64,000 nt of DNA from an uncultured Nitrososphaerota archaeon (GTDB lineage: Archaea > Thermoproteota > Nitrososphaeria > Nitrososphaerales > Gagatemarchaeaceae), in assembly GCA_963703285.1 (NCBI GenBank), contig OY969807.1, positions 1,760,001 to 1,824,000 on the forward strand, written 5' to 3'. Below are positions 59,077 to 64,000 of this stretch, in pieces. The notes below the pieces were generated by a model that did no database searches, was not told the origin of the DNA, and saw nothing but the letters and a program-made list of their open reading frames with translations. How positions within the stretch are numbered: the first letter of the stretch is position 1; each line of letters opens with the position of its first letter. The position numbers were made by a program, and so were the translations under genes.

Positions 59077-59970
59077 TTGGTTTCCAGGGTCGGTTTCATC
59101 GGCCTGGGGGTGATGGGCGGCAGCATGTCGAAGAACCTCCTGAAGAGCGGCTACCAGGTCATCGTCTACAACCGGAGCCGGCCGGCCGTCGACGAACTGC
59201 TGAGGAGCGGGGCGGTCCAGGCAGCCTCCCCCGAGGAGATGGCCAGGACTTGCCGGATAGTCGTCCTCTCGCTTTCAGAGTCGAAGGCGGTGGAGGAGGT
59301 GGTGCTGGGAGAGAAGGGGCTGGTCCACGGGCTCGCCCCAGGGAGCGTGGTCATCGATACGAGCACCATCGACCTCGATGTCACGATGAAGGTCTCGGCG
59401 GCCCTTAAGGACCTCGGCATCCACTTCCTTGACGCCCCCGTCAGCGGGGGACCCGAAGGGGCGGCGGCCGGTTCGCTCTCGATCATGGTGGGAGGGGACC
59501 GCTCCGCCTTCTCGGAGTGCGAGGATGTTCTCAACAAGGTGGGAAAGCGCGTCTTCTACCTGGGCGGCTCCGGTTCGGGGCTGAAGATGAAGCTCTTCAA
59601 CCAGGCGCTGGTGGGCGTGTACTTCCTCGCGGCGGCGGAGGCGTACCTCTGGTCAGAGAAGCTCGGCGTAGGTCTCGCGGACATCCAGAGGGTGATATCG
59701 GTGAGCTGGGGCGACTCTCCACCCTTCCGCCACTTCGTCTCGGTGCTCGAGTCGGGGGACTTCAAAGGGGGCGCCAAGATCAAGAACTTCAGAAAGGACC
59801 TCTCGATCATCCTCCGGAGCGCCGAGCGCGAAGGCACTCCGATGTCGCTCGCGGAGCTGGTCTACGGGTATCTGGTCAAGGCGTCCGAAATCGGCCTCGA
59901 CGACTACGACATCTCATCGGTCCTGCAGGTGCTCGACGAGGTCAGGCCGGGGCCTGCGGGGTCGTCCTAG
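59077..59970 (+). CDS. Beta-hydroxyacid dehydrogenase (3-hydroxyisobutyrate/tartronate semialdehyde reductase family)
   Basis: GFIGLGVMG, DAPVSGG, K..NQ, KDL. Confidence 0.92.
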   Translation: MVSRVGFIGLGVMGGSMSKNLLKSGYQVIVYNRSRPAVDELLRSGAVQAASPEEMARTCRIVVLSLSESKAVEEVVLGEKGLVHGLAPGSVVIDTSTIDLDVTMKVSAALKDLGIHFLDAPVSGGPEGAAAGSLSIMVGGDRSAFSECEDVLNKVGKRVFYLGGSGSGLKMKLFNQALVGVYFLAAAEAYLWSEKLGVGLADIQRVISVSWGDSPPFRHFVSVLESGDFKGGAKIKNFRKDLSIILRSAEREGTPMSLAELVYGYLVKASEIGLDDYDISSVLQVLDEVRPGPAGSS

Positions 59971-60301
59971 CGCGGCCCTTGTCCTGGAGGATCTCCCCGA
60001 AGACCCTCTGGAAGTAGTCCATCGACTTGGCGAGGTTCGAGCGTCCGCTGTCCGTGATATCGTATACGATTGTCCGGCCCTCGACGTGACCCTTGATCAG
60101 ACCGCGGTTGACGAGCTCCTTGAGCGCGGGATAGATGGTCCCCGGGTTCGGCTTGTCGCCCTTCTTCTTTCCTATCTCGCCGGCGAGCGTCTGTCCGTTC
60201 ATGGGCTGGTTCGAGAGCATCCACAATATCGTGAAAGAAAGCATCCCCCTCATATCGCACATGCCGGAGTCTGCAGAATCCTCTTTCGACACCTGGAGCA
60301 C
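59942..60301 (-). CDS. PadR family transcriptional regulator
   Basis: PMNG, PNPGTIYPALKEL, Y.IT..G. Confidence 0.9.
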   Translation of the reverse strand: MLQVSKEDSADSGMCDMRGMLSFTILWMLSNQPMNGQTLAGEIGKKKGDKPNPGTIYPALKELVNRGLIKGHVEGRTIVYDITDSGRSNLAKSMDYFQRVFGEILQDKGRARTTPQAPA

Positions 60302-60335
60302 CCATCCTGTTACGAAAGCTCAAAATATAAAAACA

Positions 60336-60373
60336 TATTGGACATACGATAGATTTTTATTGGACCTCCAATA
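60336..60373. promoter_or_regulatory. Tandem putative PadR operators
   Basis: Perfect TATTGGA-CC-TCCAATA (60358-60373) and imperfect TATTGGA-CA-TACGATA (60336-60351), 22 bp apart. Confidence 0.7.
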
Positions 60374-60388
60374 CGAGAGCCCATCAAG

Positions 60389-61330
60389 TTGACCGCCACC
60401 GTTGCCGAGGGTAACGAGACACGAAGGGGCCCGCTCACCGGCCTGAGCCTGGGACCCCCCACCCTGAGGGTTAGAGACCTGGACCGCATCCTCGGCTTCT
60501 ACGTGAAGGACGTGGGCCTTCGTGCGAAGGGAAGGGGCTTGGACCCGAGCGGCCTCGAGATCGTACGCCTTGGCTTCGAGCAGAAGGAGGATACGCTCCT
60601 GGTGATAAGGCACGACCCTTCTGCCATGAGGCCTCCCCACGACGCAGCGGGCCTCTACCACTACGCGGTCCTCCTCCCCAGCAGGAAGGACCTCGCCTCG
60701 ACCTTCCTCGCGGTCGGGGAGGCCGGCGTCTCCTACGAGGGTTACGCCGACCACACCTTCAGCGAGGCTATCTACCTCCACGACACAGAGCAGAACGGCA
60801 TCGAGTTCTACGCGGACAGACCCCGAGAAGCCTGGCCCAAATGGAGCGAGCTGCGGGGCGGTGTCGGCCAGAGGCGGTTCGCGTCCATGAACTGCCCCCT
60901 CGACCTCGATTCGCTGTTGAGAGAGCTCTCCAGCGGGGAGAGGACCAGACCTTCCCCGTTTCCCAACGGGGCGAGGTTGGGGCACATGCACCTCCGCGTC
61001 ACAGACCTGGAGAGGTCTGTCGAGTTCTACCGCTCCAGGCTCGGATTCGACGTCACGATGTACTTCCCGGAGATTGGAGCCGCCTTCCTCTCGGCAGACG
61101 GCTACCACCACCACCTCGGCCTCAACACCTGGCACAGCAGGGGAGGGCCTTCCCGCTCGGACGGAGAGGCCGGGCTCGACGGGTTCACCATCAGGCTCCC
61201 CACGAGGGCGGACGTCAAGGCCATCTCCGAGAGGTTCCCGGAGCTCGCTCCCGGGGAGGACGTCTTCACCGTCGCCGACCCTGATGGAATAACCATCAGG
61301 CTCGAATCCCTAGATTCGCGCACCGGTTAA
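60389..61330 (+). CDS. VOC family protein, catechol 2,3-dioxygenase (CatE)-like
   Basis: GLYHYAVLLP, DH..SEAIY, IEFYADRP, GHMHL, YHHHLGLNTW. Confidence 0.9.
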   Translation: MTATVAEGNETRRGPLTGLSLGPPTLRVRDLDRILGFYVKDVGLRAKGRGLDPSGLEIVRLGFEQKEDTLLVIRHDPSAMRPPHDAAGLYHYAVLLPSRKDLASTFLAVGEAGVSYEGYADHTFSEAIYLHDTEQNGIEFYADRPREAWPKWSELRGGVGQRRFASMNCPLDLDSLLRELSSGERTRPSPFPNGARLGHMHLRVTDLERSVEFYRSRLGFDVTMYFPEIGAAFLSADGYHHHLGLNTWHSRGGPSRSDGEAGLDGFTIRLPTRADVKAISERFPELAPGEDVFTVADPDGITIRLESLDSRTG

Positions 61331-61368
61331 CTTCTTAGGGCAGACCCGGCGCCGGAGCGGAGCGTGTC

Positions 61369-62109
61369 ATGACGAGCGGCATCGGCATAGCGAACCTCAC
61401 GAAGACCTACGGCCAGCTCGTCGCCCTGAACGACGTCTCCCTAGAGGTGCATTCAGGCGAGGTCATAGGGCTGTTGGGACCGAACGGCGCCGGCAAGAGC
61501 ACCCTCATGAAGATCGTCGTAGGAATCCTCAAGCCCACGAGCGGCACCGTTAGCGTGGGCGGCTACGACATCGTGAAGGACCCCGAGAAGGCGAAGAAGG
61601 CCGTGGGGTACCTCCCGGAGAACCCATCCCTCTACACAGGACTCACAGTCAGCGAGTTCCTAAGGTTCATGGGGAAGATCAGGGGTGTGCCCGACGCCTC
61701 CCTGGAGGAGAAGATAGCGGGCTCGCTGAGGACGTTCTCGCTCGAGGACAAGGTCAACGCCCTGCTCGGGTCGCTTTCAAAGGGGATGAAGCAGAAGGTC
61801 GCGCTGACGGCCGCTGCGATCCACGATCCTCAGGTGCTCGTCCTGGACGAGCCTCTCACCGCCCTCGATCCGAAGACGCAGATCTTCGTCAACAACTGGA
61901 TCCTGTCCCAGGGGAAGGAGGGCAAAACGGTGCTACTGTCCACTCACAACCTCGAGATAGTCCAGTACTACGCGACCCAGATTGCCATAATAGACAAGGG
62001 CTCGATAATCGCCGTGGGGGACCTCCAGACGCTGAGGAAGCTGGCCGATGCCGGCAAGGACGCGAGGCTGGACGAGGTCTTCCTGAAGCTGACAGAGGAG
62101 TCGGCCTGA
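61369..62109 (+). CDS. ABC-2 type transporter ATP-binding protein
   Basis: GPNGAGKS, LSKGMKQK, LDEP, LSTH. Confidence 0.94.
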   Translation: MTSGIGIANLTKTYGQLVALNDVSLEVHSGEVIGLLGPNGAGKSTLMKIVVGILKPTSGTVSVGGYDIVKDPEKAKKAVGYLPENPSLYTGLTVSEFLRFMGKIRGVPDASLEEKIAGSLRTFSLEDKVNALLGSLSKGMKQKVALTAAAIHDPQVLVLDEPLTALDPKTQIFVNNWILSQGKEGKTVLLSTHNLEIVQYYATQIAIIDKGSIIAVGDLQTLRKLADAGKDARLDEVFLKLTEESA

Positions 62110-62124
62110 GCGAGGGGGCATGTC

Positions 62125-63726
62125 GTGAAGCTTTCGGGACCGTGGACGACCGTCCACCTCCTGGTCCGGTACTGGATCAAGGGGAGGTTCACGAAGGCGG
62201 CCACCCTCGCAATCCTCCTCGGGGAGGGCTTCTCGGTGATAGCGGTGCTCTTCGTGGGCTCGACCTTCCTCTCCTTCTCGAACAGGTTCGGTCTGGGCGA
62301 AGGCCTCTCCGACGCCGGACTGAGCCTGCTCCTGGCCCTCTTCCTCGTCGGCCTGATACAGAGCGGCTTCAACGGGAGCGGCCTGCCGGTGAGGTCGGCT
62401 GACGTGGACTACGTATTCACCTCTCCCATCAGGCCGCGGGAGGTCTTCGCCGCCAAGGTTCTGATGAACTCCTTGACGACGGTCCTGCTATCCTTCCCGC
62501 CCGTACTGGCGCTGTACTTCAGGTTCGCGCTCTCGTACGGGACCTCTCTCGCTGACGCCGTCCTTGCGGGGATCGTGACGCTGATCTTCCTCGTGCTGGG
62601 ACTTCTCCTCAGCGCGGACATCACCCTCTCGCTCGGGTCCAGCATCGCGCCGCGGATCAGGTTCCTGAGGAACGGGCTCGTGGTCCTCATAGTCGCCATC
62701 AGCCTGATCCCGGTGACGCTCCTGATTCCGGGGGTCCCGCCCGCCTTCGGCGAACTGACGCAGGCGCTCCCCAGCGGGCTCGCGGCCGCCCTCAGCGTCG
62801 GGCTGGTGAGCGGGGCCGCCTTTGGTCCCGTCCAGGTCCTGGACCTGCTCCTGCTCCTCTCGTGGTTCGCCGCGTTCCTCTTCCTCGGCCTCCGGATGTC
62901 GAGGACGCACTTCTACGAGGTCCTCCAGGTCATGGACTCGGAAGGGTCCGCGGGTGAGCTCGGCAAGGCGACCGGCCGACTCGAGACCGTGGGCAGGTCC
63001 GTCTGGGCGGTCGTCAGGATGAAGGAGAGGCTGCTGATGATGAGGACGAAGGAGAGGAGGGCCCTCCTCATCAACGGGCTGTTCCTCTCCGGTTTCATGA
63101 TCATCTACTCGCTCTCCGGGGTGTTCCAGTCCTCGCCGACGTCGTTCCTCTTCATCCTCTTCATAATAGGGTCGTTCGGCGCAGGCAGCGCGACCAGGTG
63201 GCTGGAGAAGGAGAGGCTCTGGATCATAAAGACGTCCAGCCTGGACCTGAGGGGATACATCAAGCAGGTCTACCGGGCGCGGGTGGCTCCCCTCCTGCTC
63301 GTCCTGACGCCCGTCACCGTCGCCGTGGGTGTCCCGCTCATACTCAGCGACGTCGGAAGGGGAACGTTGCTGGGTATCATACTGTCCCTTCCCGGGGCGC
63401 TCGAGGTCGCCGCCATAACGATGGCCGGGGCCATGTACTTCGCCTCGAGGTACGGGCAGAGCTCGACAGACGACATACTCTCCGCCCAGGCGCAGGACCT
63501 CACCGACATCAGGCGCTTCCTCTACCAGACGGCCATCAACCTTGCCCTCGTCGCGCCCGTCATGGCCCTGGTCGTCAGCGCCGAGTTCTGGCTGGACCTG
63601 TTCACCCGGTCTCTCGATTCGCTCGCGGTCGTCCTGGCCGCGGTTTCCGTGGTCTACACGGCCGCGATCCTGCTCTTGGTCCTGAACGCGGCCGGCGACT
63701 CGATCAGGAAGAGGGAGGACCTCTAG
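62125..63726 (+). CDS. ABC-2 type exporter permease
   Basis: Multi-TM; DVDYVFTSPI; follows the ATPase gene. Confidence 0.85.
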   Translation: MKLSGPWTTVHLLVRYWIKGRFTKAATLAILLGEGFSVIAVLFVGSTFLSFSNRFGLGEGLSDAGLSLLLALFLVGLIQSGFNGSGLPVRSADVDYVFTSPIRPREVFAAKVLMNSLTTVLLSFPPVLALYFRFALSYGTSLADAVLAGIVTLIFLVLGLLLSADITLSLGSSIAPRIRFLRNGLVVLIVAISLIPVTLLIPGVPPAFGELTQALPSGLAAALSVGLVSGAAFGPVQVLDLLLLLSWFAAFLFLGLRMSRTHFYEVLQVMDSEGSAGELGKATGRLETVGRSVWAVVRMKERLLMMRTKERRALLINGLFLSGFMIIYSLSGVFQSSPTSFLFILFIIGSFGAGSATRWLEKERLWIIKTSSLDLRGYIKQVYRARVAPLLLVLTPVTVAVGVPLILSDVGRGTLLGIILSLPGALEVAAITMAGAMYFASRYGQSSTDDILSAQAQDLTDIRRFLYQTAINLALVAPVMALVVSAEFWLDLFTRSLDSLAVVLAAVSVVYTAAILLLVLNAAGDSIRKREDL

Positions 63727-63747
63727 GGCGCGGGCCGTACCCCGCCC

Positions 63748-64000
63748 TCAGCGGTAGCGCACCTCGAACAGGCCTCCGCCCTTCCTCTCCACGAACTCGA
63801 GGAAGGGGATGCTGACAAGCGTCTCCTGCCTCGTCATCACGCGGAAGCGGTAGCGCTTGTTGAAGTGCCCGAGCGCTCGTCCCTCCCTCCCCATCCTCTC
63901 GACGAAGACCCGATGGTCGGACACCCTCCGCGCGTTGAAGGAGTTCGAGCTCTCCACCGCGGCCATCACCCGCCTGTCCAGGAGCTCCCCGAGGCGCGGG
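63748..64000 (-). CDS. C-terminal part of a hypothetical protein (5' end outside window)
   Basis: Frame open to the window edge. Confidence 0.55.
   Translation of the reverse strand, partial: PRLGELLDRRVMAAVESSNSFNARRVSDHRVFVERMGREGRALGHFNKRYRFRVMTRQETLVSIPFLEFVERKGGGLFEVRYR

Noticed and set aside
264-63815. Many long overlapping or antisense ORFs in the track (e.g. 44547-45551, 51803-53251, 57216-58370)
   Set aside because: Arg/Pro/Gly-rich shadow frames of real genes, expected in high-GC DNA
1-64000. CRISPR array, or a Cas12f assignment for the TnpB
   Set aside because: No regularly spaced repeats or cas1/cas2 seen

Overview
A GC-rich archaeal chromosomal segment. It is most consistent with a non-ammonia-oxidising Nitrososphaerota/TACK lineage; this is inferred from CdvB/ESCRT-III, a GDGT-ring-synthase-like radical SAM, a PolB2 operon, BHB-type tRNA introns and TATA boxes ~25 nt upstream of starts. 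The standout feature is a DNA-damage/repair-rich region (~35-56 kb). It holds a three-gene operon of a divergent Ku-like protein, a minimal ATP-dependent DNA ligase and a minimal family-X polymerase: a candidate NHEJ system with PolX in place of the usual LigD primase-polymerase. The same region has a PolB2 operon (inactive RadA, two small helical proteins, PolB2), a Y-family polymerase and three DUF72 paralogues, several with C-terminal PIP-like motifs. Elsewhere: a MarR-linked pair of B12-radical-SAM genes (one Grs-like) opposite an MFS pump; an NAD-salvage cluster interrupted by a solo tnpB; an unannotated kink-turn small RNA with possible complementarity to the 23S peptidyl-transferase centre; tRNA-His with two introns; a sedolisin-phosphoesterase fusion; and several operator-like repeats. 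About six single-base indels in G/C runs may be consensus-sequence errors rather than true pseudogenes. All family calls come from motif recognition, not database searches.
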